A stretch of 64,000 bases of DNA. Source: an uncultured virus (IMG/VR IMGVR_UViG_3300028888_000112) (taxonomy: Duplodnaviria; Heunggongvirae; Uroviricota; Caudoviricetes). Position 1 is the first letter of the stretch. Each line of letters starts with the position of its first letter. The stretch lies in IMG/VR virus record IMGVR_UViG_3300028888_000112, one strand, 5' to 3'. Positions 1-8,000 of the stretch are shown piece by piece. The notes beneath the pieces are model-generated. The model did no database searches. It was not told the origin of the DNA and saw only the letters and a list, made by a program, of their open reading frames with translations. Both the position numbers and the translations under genes were made by a program.

Positions 1-155
1 TAAAGGAACTTGAGGATAAGATTAAGATAACAGGTATTGATGAATCAATAAACTTAAAGAAGAAGACTTATTTTTTAAAGGGAATAAAAAACGCTAAATT
101 AGATTTTGAAATATTTGAACAATCTTTAAAGTTAGCGAAAAACGAATGTGTTTAA
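1..155 (+). CDS. 3' end of hypothetical protein (partial)
   Basis: Open frame KELEDKIK...AKNECV ending TAA at 153-155. Confidence 0.4.
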   Translation, partial: KELEDKIKITGIDESINLKKKTYFLKGIKNAKLDFEIFEQSLKLAKNECV

Positions 156-193
156 ACTGTTACATTGTTTAATAAATTAAAATAACAACAATT

Positions 194-1264
194 ATGAGTA
201 TGAGTGAATGGGCGGAAAGAGAGTGCCGTATCGCCTGCGGCAGAGAGAATCCAAATTTTGATTTTGATTCGGATGAGTTTGACTACGGATGTAGTTGTTA
301 CAAGTCAGCGTTGAAGGCTTATAAATCGCTGATGGAAGATGAGCATAGTAGTGCGAGTTTTGAATTCACAAAGAACATATTGATTAGGCTGTTGGAGGGA
401 CAACCCTTGACACCGATAATCGATGAGGACTTCTTTGATGAGAATGGAAATTTGCTATGTATGGATATGCCGAGTGATTATCCGAAAGAACGAGGATTGA
501 AATCGGAAACGCAATGTCCGAGAATGTCACATCTGTTTAGGAAAGAGAGCCTTGATGGTAAGGTGACGTACCACGATATTGACAGAAGTTACTTTGTGGA
601 TATAGAAAAACCGTCTAACACTTATACAACAAATGACAGTTTTTTGGATGAGATGTTTCCTATAACGATGCCGTACTATCCACAAGTCGGAAAGTTCGTA
701 ATATATGCGCAGGAGTTCCTGACCGACAAGAAGAACGGAGACTTTGACACAAGAGGGTTGATATACATGACAACGCCAGATGGAAAAAGAGTGGAGTTAG
801 GGTTGTACTATACCGAGATTGATGGGAAGTGGACACAGATACCGAAGGCGCAGTATGACGAACTGCTATCAAAACGGATAGACAAGTTGTGTGAGAAGGT
901 CGCTGACAAACTGATATGGACAACGTTGAGCAATTCGGTATCCGAAGATGAGAGCGACAGGCGAAACGCAGCGTATGCGAAAATGAGCGACGAGTGGAAG
1001 GAGAAGTACAGAAACTATCTTGTGGAGTTGTGTAAGTTCTTTGAGAATGAGGAGAACTACAAGTACAACACATTTGGCATGGAGCAAGCATTGAGCAGGG
1101 GCAAGAAGAAGGAGGACGAAGGAGATGCGAAGTACAGTGGTATAGAGCCGTTAAAGCGCATAGCCGAGCATATAGAGATACTGATAGAGACACTGAACAA
1201 CAAGATAGTTACAAAAGATGACATAGAATCGTTGCGCAAACATGATATTACTCTAAAAAGATAA
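194..1264 (+). CDS. hypothetical phage protein
   Basis: 356-aa ORF, A-rich leader, no recognised motif. Confidence 0.75.
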   Translation: MSMSEWAERECRIACGRENPNFDFDSDEFDYGCSCYKSALKAYKSLMEDEHSSASFEFTKNILIRLLEGQPLTPIIDEDFFDENGNLLCMDMPSDYPKERGLKSETQCPRMSHLFRKESLDGKVTYHDIDRSYFVDIEKPSNTYTTNDSFLDEMFPITMPYYPQVGKFVIYAQEFLTDKKNGDFDTRGLIYMTTPDGKRVELGLYYTEIDGKWTQIPKAQYDELLSKRIDKLCEKVADKLIWTTLSNSVSEDESDRRNAAYAKMSDEWKEKYRNYLVELCKFFENEENYKYNTFGMEQALSRGKKKEDEGDAKYSGIEPLKRIAEHIEILIETLNNKIVTKDDIESLRKHDITLKR

Positions 1265-1274
1265 ACGGACGCAA

Positions 1275-1457
1275 ATGCTAAAAGGACTACACAACCATTG
1301 GACTAAGAAGGGCGGCAGGCTGTTTCCGAAGAGAGCCTTCGGGAGTGAGGCGGAGGCTAAGGAGTTTATGAACGGCAACGGGGTGGAGCGGGCTATTTTC
1401 AATGCGTACAAGTGCTCCCTTTGCGGCAAGTGGCACATAGGACATAAAAACAAATAA
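1275..1457 (+). CDS. small putative zinc-binding protein
   Basis: C-terminal AYKCSLCGKWHIGH (CxxC..H..H). Confidence 0.6.
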   Translation: MLKGLHNHWTKKGGRLFPKRAFGSEAEAKEFMNGNGVERAIFNAYKCSLCGKWHIGHKNK

Positions 1458-1460
1458 ATC

Positions 1461-1694
1461 ATGACAGTATACAGAGTGATGACAAGTTTTACAAAGAACG
1501 ACTGCCTTCGGTTTTATATCATGCCGTACGACTTGTTCGGACACGTTCATGCCATTGGTTTTTGGAACGTGGTGCGGGAGTTCAGGTGCGGCATACTTAG
1601 ACTAAACCCGTTCAAGCTGCGCCGCAAGCTAAGGGAGCTGCGCGCAGCCGAGGCGTGGGCGGCAAAAGAGAAATGTTTAAAACTAATAAAATGA
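1461..1694 (+). CDS. hypothetical protein
   Basis: 77-aa ORF packed tightly in operon. Confidence 0.5.
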   Translation: MTVYRVMTSFTKNDCLRFYIMPYDLFGHVHAIGFWNVVREFRCGILRLNPFKLRRKLRELRAAEAWAAKEKCLKLIK

Positions 1695-2134
1695 AAGCAA
1701 AGAAGATTATAGGGTGATTTCGTAGCAGAAACTACGAAACGTGTCCGCAGCTTGACTCGCTGCTGCAGTCCTGCTTAGATAGCGGCATAAAGGCGGTTGT
1801 AAGGCGGCTTGGCGGGATTGACTCAAAGGACGGGGTTAAGAGAACGAACATCCCGTATTACGATGGCGATATATACCTAATGTACAGCAACGTTACAGAC
1901 CGTATTTTTTACGATTATTTTGATTCGGACGATCAGGGCGTATTTGTGGCAACAGAGAACGGGTGGCGCAAGCTGCTCTACACTCCGCACCGCGGGTACG
2001 TAGACGGCAGCAAAAAGCTTTTATATGAAAACGACACCAACTACTCAAACTATATGCTAAACGCGGCGGGAAAGAAGTTCCGCTATATAGGCAATATATA
2101 CGAGGACATCACGGTGCTTATTGACAAAGAGTAA
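1691..2134 (+). pseudogene. hypothetical protein interrupted by in-frame TGA at codon 9
   Basis: ATG 1691 (ATGA overlap with upstream stop) is in frame with ORF 1880-2134; the only stop is TGA 1715-1717 (IIG*FRS). Confidence 0.55.
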
Positions 2135-2173
2135 AAATCTGCACATTTTACTTGTTTGTAATAATACTTTTAT

Positions 2174-2210
2174 TACCTTTGTGTCAATGCAGATAACTGC
2201 AGAAACACGT
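2174..2210 (+). promoter_or_regulatory. Bacteroidota-type -7 promoter with conserved leader hairpin
   Basis: TACCTTTG then CAATGCAGATAACTGCAGAAACACGT, identical to 57351-57376. Confidence 0.65.
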
Positions 2211-2225
2211 TAAACAAAAGAGGTT

Positions 2226-2555
2226 ATGACAATGCAGTTTTTTAATTTGGGTAAGGCTCGACAGACTGAGGTTGAGCGTTTGATTAGCGTACGTAGGAAG
2301 CTTGCCGCGCTTGACGCGCAGAAGAAGGAGCTTGAGGCTGAGGAGGCTAAGCTCAAGGACGTCATCAAGGAGGAGATGAAGGCGAACAACGTAAAGACCT
2401 ACGACAACGGGGTTATTAGCATCACGCTGAAGGACGGTTATATCCGCCACGACTTTGACAAGGAGCGGTTCAGAGCGGACAACGCCGAGCTCTACAACAA
2501 GTACTTAAAGGACGTCGAGGTTAACGGCTCGATGCTTATCAAAATCAAAGGATGA
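2226..2555 (+). CDS. hypothetical protein (N-terminal coiled coil)
   Basis: 109-aa ORF after promoter. Confidence 0.7.
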   Translation: MTMQFFNLGKARQTEVERLISVRRKLAALDAQKKELEAEEAKLKDVIKEEMKANNVKTYDNGVISITLKDGYIRHDFDKERFRADNAELYNKYLKDVEVNGSMLIKIKG

Positions 2556-2701
2556 TGAGATTCATTGTTTTAAGTTTAGATGACGATAGGACGGTTTGCA
2601 GGGTAAAGCCTGCAGACCTCCTTGAGTTTGAGGGCGTGGAGTTTACAGACGTGCTTGACAATTTAGTAGACATAAATACTAACGATTATGAAAAACGGTA
2701 G
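2552..2701 (+). CDS. small hypothetical protein
   Basis: 49-aa ORF MMRFIVLSLDDD..., overlaps both neighbours; read by eye. Confidence 0.35.
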   Translation: MMRFIVLSLDDDRTVCRVKPADLLEFEGVEFTDVLDNLVDINTNDYEKR

Positions 2702-3080
2702 GTTTACAAAAGAGGATTTAAAGGATTTGCGCGCGGGGTACTACGTTTTAAACCGCGATGGAAGTCCGTGTCCAATTGAGAGCGTTGACGATACGGGGGT
2801 GGTTGTAGAAAGCGACCACCTCTCCGTGTCGGAGATCAGTGGTGTACCAATCACATGGGAGGTAATAGAGAAGATCGGTTTTAGACTATACGGCGGTACA
2901 TTTATGTACATATTCGTCATAGGAAAATACGATAGGGTTGTGTACAACCTTGACTCCAAGATGCTCTACGTGCAGAGGTTGTTTAACGGCAACAAGCACG
3001 CGGCGGTCAAGGCGGAGTACGTACACGAGCTACAGAAGGCGTTTGATGAGTACGAGGTTGATAAATCGTTCAAATTGTAA
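2688..3080 (+). CDS. hypothetical phage protein
   Basis: 130-aa ORF ending ...YVHELQKAF. Confidence 0.7.
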   Translation: MKNGRFTKEDLKDLRAGYYVLNRDGSPCPIESVDDTGVVVESDHLSVSEISGVPITWEVIEKIGFRLYGGTFMYIFVIGKYDRVVYNLDSKMLYVQRLFNGNKHAAVKAEYVHELQKAFDEYEVDKSFKL

Positions 3081-3102
3081 CGCAAGTTTTATATATTTAA
3101 GT

Positions 3103-3344
3103 ATGGGATTAGAGAACTTTACAATCGAGGAGTTTATTGAGAACTACACGCCGAAGATAGTAAGCTTGTACGAGCGACCTTATGACGATGGCATATATCA
3201 GACCGTGGCTGAGGATTTGACTACGGGGGGTAGTTTGACTTCAAGTTTGCCGACGACGACAGCATTTGGTTTAGCGGTGAGGATGGCGGTTACTTTTCTC
3301 CCGACGATTGGTATAGCGACGATTACGATAAATTAGGAGTATAA
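3103..3344 (+). pseudogene. small acidic protein with probable 1-nt frameshift near 3231
   Basis: MGLENFTIEE...DLTTGG continues with phage-like codon usage only in the shifted frame (FDFKFADDDSIWF...DKLGV*). Confidence 0.45.
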
Positions 3345-3391
3345 GATTATGAACTTAAAACATAGGAGTATAAGATTATGAACTTAAAACA
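3334..3391 (+). repeat. perfect 29-bp tandem duplication of a translation-start region
   Basis: TAGGAGTATAAGATTATGAACTTAAAACA at 3334-3362 and 3363-3391. Confidence 0.95.
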
Positions 3392-3737
3392 GATGATGGG
3401 ACGGCAGAGAGTGGCGGACGCAAGGAGAGACAAACTAAGCACCTCGTGGCTTAAAAACGACTACCTTGAAGCCATTAAAAAAACTCAATGGACGGATATA
3501 ACCGAGAGTATGTTAAAGCAGTCGGGGGTGTACGATTTGGTTGTGGATTATTTTCCAAAGGCGGCATTAGTTGATTTGCGCGGGGGAGGAGTTGCGTTTG
3601 ATCTAACCCGTTACGACAACGATTGGTTTTTTATAGACAATAAAGAGTTTGTGAGCAAGATGGACGCCATGCTTGGAGATAGTTGGAGTAGCGCAAACGT
3701 GGACGGTAAGTTTTTGATTGAATTTGGTTTAGGATAA
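3378..3737 (+). CDS. MNLK-leader protein (putative internal head protein)
   Basis: N-terminus MNLKQMMGRQRVAD. Confidence 0.7.
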   Translation: MNLKQMMGRQRVADARRDKLSTSWLKNDYLEAIKKTQWTDITESMLKQSGVYDLVVDYFPKAALVDLRGGGVAFDLTRYDNDWFFIDNKEFVSKMDAMLGDSWSSANVDGKFLIEFGLG

Positions 3738-3806
3738 CATAAACGCCACCGTTGTTGAAATGTAGCTTCAAGGCGCAAAAACAAAGCTGCAAAGGTTCTT
3801 TTAAGT

Positions 3807-3878
3807 TTAACTGAGTTAAACTTTTCTATTCTACAACTATCGGCTGCGTCCCAAAAGGATGCAGCCTTATTTTATTTC
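3807..3878 (+). repeat. left copy of ~70-bp imperfect direct repeat with terminator-like hairpin
   Basis: TTTTCTATTCTACAACT.TCGGCT...AAGGATGCAGCCT shared with 5199-5272. Confidence 0.85.
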
Positions 3879-3879
3879 A

Positions 3880-5198
3880 AATGTTGCGAGAAAACCGCGA
3901 TGTCTTCAGCTTTACGGATGAATCGCTATACTTATTTATTTTTTTATTTTGTATTTTAAAATATTATACATATTTTTATAAAAAACAAGATATATGATAT
4001 ATAAGGCATACAAATACCGAATCTATCCTAATAGTTCTCAAAAGGAGCTGATAGCGAAGCATATAGGTTGTTGTCGTTATATCTACAATTATGGACTTGA
4101 AAAGAAAATCAAGGTATATCAGGAATCAAAACAAGGAATTTCAAGATTTGAAATTTCAAAAGACTTGCCTAAATTAAAGAAGCAGAACGAAACCTCTTGG
4201 TTAAAGGAAGTGAACTCTCTTTCTTTACAGGCAAGCCTCGCGAATCTTGACATGGCTTTCACAAGATTCTTCAAGGAAAAGAAAGGATTCCCAAAATTCA
4301 AATCAAAGAAAGTTGGAAACCAATCCTTTCAAGTTGTTCAAAACTCAAAGGTTGACTTTGAGAATAACAAAGTGTTTTTGCCTAAATTCAAGTCTGGAAT
4401 TAAATGTATATTTCATCGTCAGTTTGAAGGTGAAATCAAAACATCCACAATAAGCAAAACCCCGTCAGGAAAATATTTCATATCAATACTTGTAAAGTTA
4501 AATGATGATAATCCAAAGAAAGTTCCGATTGATGAGAACCAAGCAGTCGGAATAGACTTAGGAATCAAAACATTTGCTACATTAAGTGATGGTACAGAAA
4601 TTCAAAACCCGAAGAATCTCAAAAAATCTATGAAAAGACTCAAGAGATTGCAAAGAGACGTTTCCCGTAAGCAGAAGGGAGGCAATAATAGAAAGAAGTC
4701 TGTAAAATTACTCGCTGTACAGCACGAGAAAGTCTCAAATCGGAGAAATGATTTTTTACACAAAACATCCAAATTTTTGATTGATAATTACGATACAATC
4801 TGTCTTGAAACTTTGTCTGCAAAGAATATGATGCAAAATCATAAACTTGCTCAAGCATTGTCCGATATTGCTATTGGAACTTTCAATAGTTACGTTGACT
4901 ACAAGGCAGAATGGAATGGTAAGAACATATTAAGAATTGGAAGGTTTGAACCGTCATCGAAAATGTGTGAATGCGGAAACATCTACAGAGACTTGAAATT
5001 GTCTGATAGGGTTTGGAAATGTCCGTCTTGTGGAAGGACAAACCAAAGAGACTTATTAGCTGCAAACAATATAAAGAAGTTTGCATTTTGTAAGAATAAT
5101 ACCGTCGGAACGACGGAAATCTACGCTTGTGGAGATATGAGTTGCGTTAGCAATTCAGCCCAAGAAGCACACAAATCTTTAGTTTGTGTGTAGTTCAC
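3880..5198 (+). mobile_element. IS200/IS605-family tnpB-only element (left end approximate)
   Basis: tnpB, AT-richer than flanks, right-end hairpin CACACAAAT-CTTT-AGTTTGTGTG followed by TAGTTCAC; no tnpA. Confidence 0.75.
3994..5193 (+). CDS. tnpB: RNA-guided endonuclease TnpB
   Basis: KAYKYRIYP N-terminus; RuvC residues in GIDLG, CLETL, RDLLAA; zinc finger MCECG...CPSCG. Confidence 0.95.
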   Translation: MIYKAYKYRIYPNSSQKELIAKHIGCCRYIYNYGLEKKIKVYQESKQGISRFEISKDLPKLKKQNETSWLKEVNSLSLQASLANLDMAFTRFFKEKKGFPKFKSKKVGNQSFQVVQNSKVDFENNKVFLPKFKSGIKCIFHRQFEGEIKTSTISKTPSGKYFISILVKLNDDNPKKVPIDENQAVGIDLGIKTFATLSDGTEIQNPKNLKKSMKRLKRLQRDVSRKQKGGNNRKKSVKLLAVQHEKVSNRRNDFLHKTSKFLIDNYDTICLETLSAKNMMQNHKLAQALSDIAIGTFNSYVDYKAEWNGKNILRIGRFEPSSKMCECGNIYRDLKLSDRVWKCPSCGRTNQRDLLAANNIKKFAFCKNNTVGTTEIYACGDMSCVSNSAQEAHKSLVCV

Positions 5199-5218
5199 TT
5201 AACGATGAGTTAATTTTT
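5050..5218 (+). ncRNA. putative TnpB omega/reRNA (5' boundary uncertain; guide ~5199-5218)
   Basis: Known architecture: scaffold overlaps tnpB 3' end up to the right end, guide comes from flanking DNA. Confidence 0.5.
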
Positions 5219-5272
5219 CTATTCTACAACTGTCGGCTACACTCTTCCAAGGATGCAGCCTATTTTTATTCC
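5199..5272 (+). repeat. right copy of ~70-bp imperfect direct repeat
   Basis: Aligns with 3807-3878. Confidence 0.85.
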
Positions 5273-5339
5273 ACTTTTGTGGTAAGTTATACAATATTTG
5301 TTATATTTGTAGCCGTTAACAAAAAAACACAAAAACACA

Positions 5340-6149
5340 ATGAGCGACTTAGTGATAAGTGGGTACAAGGACAAGGAGGAGATTGACTCGCCTTGCATCT
5401 CCCACGTTTACAACATGGACTGTCTTGAGTTTATGAAACAGCTTCCCGACAACTACTTCGACCTTGCAGTTAGTGATCCTCCGTATGGCGGGGGCAACGA
5501 CGAGGGTGCGTACAACCGTTTCGGCGAGCTTTTCAACAAGTACAAGCCAAAGGACGGTGAGAAAAAGGAGAAGGAGGTCAACCACTCGCAGGGTGGTATT
5601 TTTGCCAAGTACAACGATCCCGCCAAGAAGGAGGTTGAGGACAAGCTTGGCAGGATTGAGTGGGACGTTGCGCCAAAGGCGGAGTTCTTCGACGAGCTGT
5701 TCCGTGTGTCAAAGAATCAGGTTATTTGGGGTGGTAACTACTTCCCGCTCCCGCCAACCCGCTGCTTTTTGATTTGGAAAAAGCACGTCCCCGAGAACTT
5801 CTCGATGGCGATGTGCGAGTACGCGTGGACAAGCTTTGCAAAGAACGCGAAGGTCTTTGAGCTCCCGAGCACGGGCATACCTTACCGTTTCCACCCGACG
5901 CAGAAGCCTGAGGCGTTATACGCGTGGGTGTACAAGCTGCTCGCCAACAAGGGCGACAAGCTTTTTGATCCGATGATGGGAAGTCAGTCGTCCCGCGTTG
6001 CGGCTTACAAGATGGGCTTTGACTACTACGGGTGCGAGCTTTGCGAGGACTACTTCAAGCAGGGGGTTGAGAAGTTCGACCGTGAGTGTCTTGGGGAGGT
6101 CAAGGCTGCGGACGGTAAGATTATCAAGCAGATGAGCTTATTTGACTAA
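5340..6149 (+). CDS. DNA methyltransferase (N6-A/N4-C, beta-type motif order)
   Basis: SDPPYG catalytic motif, HPTQKP, FDPMMGS SAM-binding motif; C-terminal QMSLF. Confidence 0.9.
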   Translation: MSDLVISGYKDKEEIDSPCISHVYNMDCLEFMKQLPDNYFDLAVSDPPYGGGNDEGAYNRFGELFNKYKPKDGEKKEKEVNHSQGGIFAKYNDPAKKEVEDKLGRIEWDVAPKAEFFDELFRVSKNQVIWGGNYFPLPPTRCFLIWKKHVPENFSMAMCEYAWTSFAKNAKVFELPSTGIPYRFHPTQKPEALYAWVYKLLANKGDKLFDPMMGSQSSRVAAYKMGFDYYGCELCEDYFKQGVEKFDRECLGEVKAADGKIIKQMSLFD

Positions 6150-6154
6150 AAAAT

Positions 6155-6370
6155 ATGAGCAGGAGTTTCAAAAAGGTAGCGGGCGGGACGTACGTAGGCT
6201 GCAAGTCGCAGAAGAAGGGCAAGCAGGCGTGCCACCGCAAGTTTCGTCGCAACGGCAGCCTCACCAAGATGCGTGAGGCGATGGACGAGTGGGACTTGGG
6301 GGGTGACGGGAAGACAGTCTATACTTGGGACAAGAGCTCGGATTTGTACAAAAGAGTGGTAAGAAAATGA
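6155..6370 (+). CDS. small basic hypothetical protein
   Basis: 71-aa ORF MSRSFKK... Confidence 0.6.
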   Translation: MSRSFKKVAGGTYVGCKSQKKGKQACHRKFRRNGSLTKMREAMDEWDLGGDGKTVYTWDKSSDLYKRVVRK

Positions 6371-6678
6371 GCAGACCTTTCATATTTTTGCGGGAGAACA
6401 CACCCGAGGTGCAGCAGCGGCTTGCTGACGAGGGTTTTGATATTTGTTGCTGCGCAGACTTCAGCGGATCTATATGGCTGAACGGTTGTTTGTTAGGAAA
6501 GGACATTCACATACACGGTGTTGGCTACCCCGACGAGACGGACGATTATTGGAATCAGCCGTCCGACGTTGTGGTTGAGCGGGTGCTTGAGGACGAGCGG
6601 GAGTGCGGCAACGAGATTGTGGACTGCGGCACGGACGTAGACAAGTTTGTAACGGAGCTTCGGCGATTATACATTTGA
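6367..6678 (+). CDS. hypothetical protein
   Basis: Likely start MSRPFIFLRE within ORF 6325-6678. Confidence 0.65.
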   Translation: MSRPFIFLRENTPEVQQRLADEGFDICCCADFSGSIWLNGCLLGKDIHIHGVGYPDETDDYWNQPSDVVVERVLEDERECGNEIVDCGTDVDKFVTELRRLYI

Positions 6679-6723
6679 TTGCTTGCAAAAAAGTATTAGT
6701 TTTGTGCTATAAATAAATCAAGT

Positions 6724-7311
6724 ATGGAAAACAGTACGGTTATTTCGGAGGACTTTAAGAAGAAGATTTGGTTGGATTACCCGTTACCCGAGCGGCTTTC
6801 TGTTTGGGGTGGTGACGGGGTAAACACCGTGCCTCTTAAGGATATAGACGAGTTGATAACGATGTGCGTAGAGGACGTGGCGTCGGACATTGTTATACGC
6901 GGTGACATACGCGCCACGGGCATGTCGACGAAGATGCCTGAGGACACGGTTGCCGTGATGTACGCCAATATGGAGTACCCTTTTCAGGGTAACCGACAGG
7001 TCAAGGTCAGCTACGACTCGTCCACCAAGACGGCGTTGATGCGGTACACGCCCGCGATGATTGTGTATCAGCGCAAGATGCACGTTGAGGATATTGACAA
7101 GCTGCAGGGCGACCGACTGATATTCTTCCGTTACTACGTGATGAACAAGATGGCTGTGGTGGAGCTTAACTACCTCAAGACGATGAGCATGACGCTTGAC
7201 AACGGCGGGATTGACTTGGCGGTGCTTGAGGAGTTTGCTAAGGACACCGCGCAAAAGGTCAAGGAGTTAAAGGAAGACACGATATTATTGTACTCACCGA
7301 CAAACGGATAA
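6724..7311 (+). CDS. hypothetical protein
   Basis: 195-aa ORF after TAGTTTTG promoter-like site. Confidence 0.75.
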   Translation: MENSTVISEDFKKKIWLDYPLPERLSVWGGDGVNTVPLKDIDELITMCVEDVASDIVIRGDIRATGMSTKMPEDTVAVMYANMEYPFQGNRQVKVSYDSSTKTALMRYTPAMIVYQRKMHVEDIDKLQGDRLIFFRYYVMNKMAVVELNYLKTMSMTLDNGGIDLAVLEEFAKDTAQKVKELKEDTILLYSPTNG

Positions 7312-7316
7312 TAGTT

Positions 7317-8000
7317 ATGTTTGAGCAGCAGCTTTTGATGGATTTTGACAACGGTGGGACTACCATTGAGAGCGAGCCAACCGTTAAGGAAAAGAAGTAC
7401 AAGTACCGCATTGACAAGAAGCTGTTAAGGCTTTGTTGGGCGGGGGACGACGTGAGCAGCAAGGACGCGGCGAGAGCGGCGGCGGAGCTGAAGAAGTTTG
7501 CCAACGTTGTGCTCAAGCGGCACTTTTCAAGTTACACGTATATGGCGCGGGATCTTATAAGCGACGCCATGGCTGCAATATACAGAAAGCGCAGCTACTA
7601 CGATCCCAAGCGTGATCCGTACACGCTGATGTACTGCATCATACGCAACGAGATCGGCAACAAGATATTAAAGTACAGCAAGGAGTACCTTATTGAGGAC
7701 TACGTTGACTACTACAACTCCAACTCCACAGGCAAGGTGGAGTACATGGACGACATACCGAGGTGCGCGTCGAAGTATTTTGACGCTTTGGTTGGGGACA
7801 TAGACGAGAACTACGTTGTAGTGCCGAACAAGGACGTGACCGACCTGCTTGTTTATCTTAAGCTCAACGAGCACCGCTCGCGCATAAAAGCCGCGCCCGA
7901 GTTTATTGAGGCGGAGCAGCACTCGGTGAACGTGATGTACAACCTACTTAAAACAGTTATAGAAAATGGACAACAACAACAGCCTGCTCAGCAAGTCTGA
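7317..8000 (+). CDS. putative phage sigma factor (T4 gp55-like)
   Basis: DLISDAMAAIYRKRSYYDPKRDPYTLMYCIIRNEI resembles sigma region 2; no clear region 4. Confidence 0.55.
   Translation: MFEQQLLMDFDNGGTTIESEPTVKEKKYKYRIDKKLLRLCWAGDDVSSKDAARAAAELKKFANVVLKRHFSSYTYMARDLISDAMAAIYRKRSYYDPKRDPYTLMYCIIRNEIGNKILKYSKEYLIEDYVDYYNSNSTGKVEYMDDIPRCASKYFDALVGDIDENYVVVPNKDVTDLLVYLKLNEHRSRIKAAPEFIEAEQHSVNVMYNLLKTVIENGQQQQPAQQV

Noticed and set aside
1715..1717. Genome-wide stop codon reassignment
   Set aside because: TGA, TAG and TAA all end well-formed genes, and core genes are uninterrupted in the standard code.
3225..3230. Phase-variable G tract
   Set aside because: Adding one G puts TAG in frame rather than restoring the downstream frame, and the run is short.
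3880..3993. tnpA transposase
   Set aside because: No room or HUH/serine-recombinase ORF next to tnpB.
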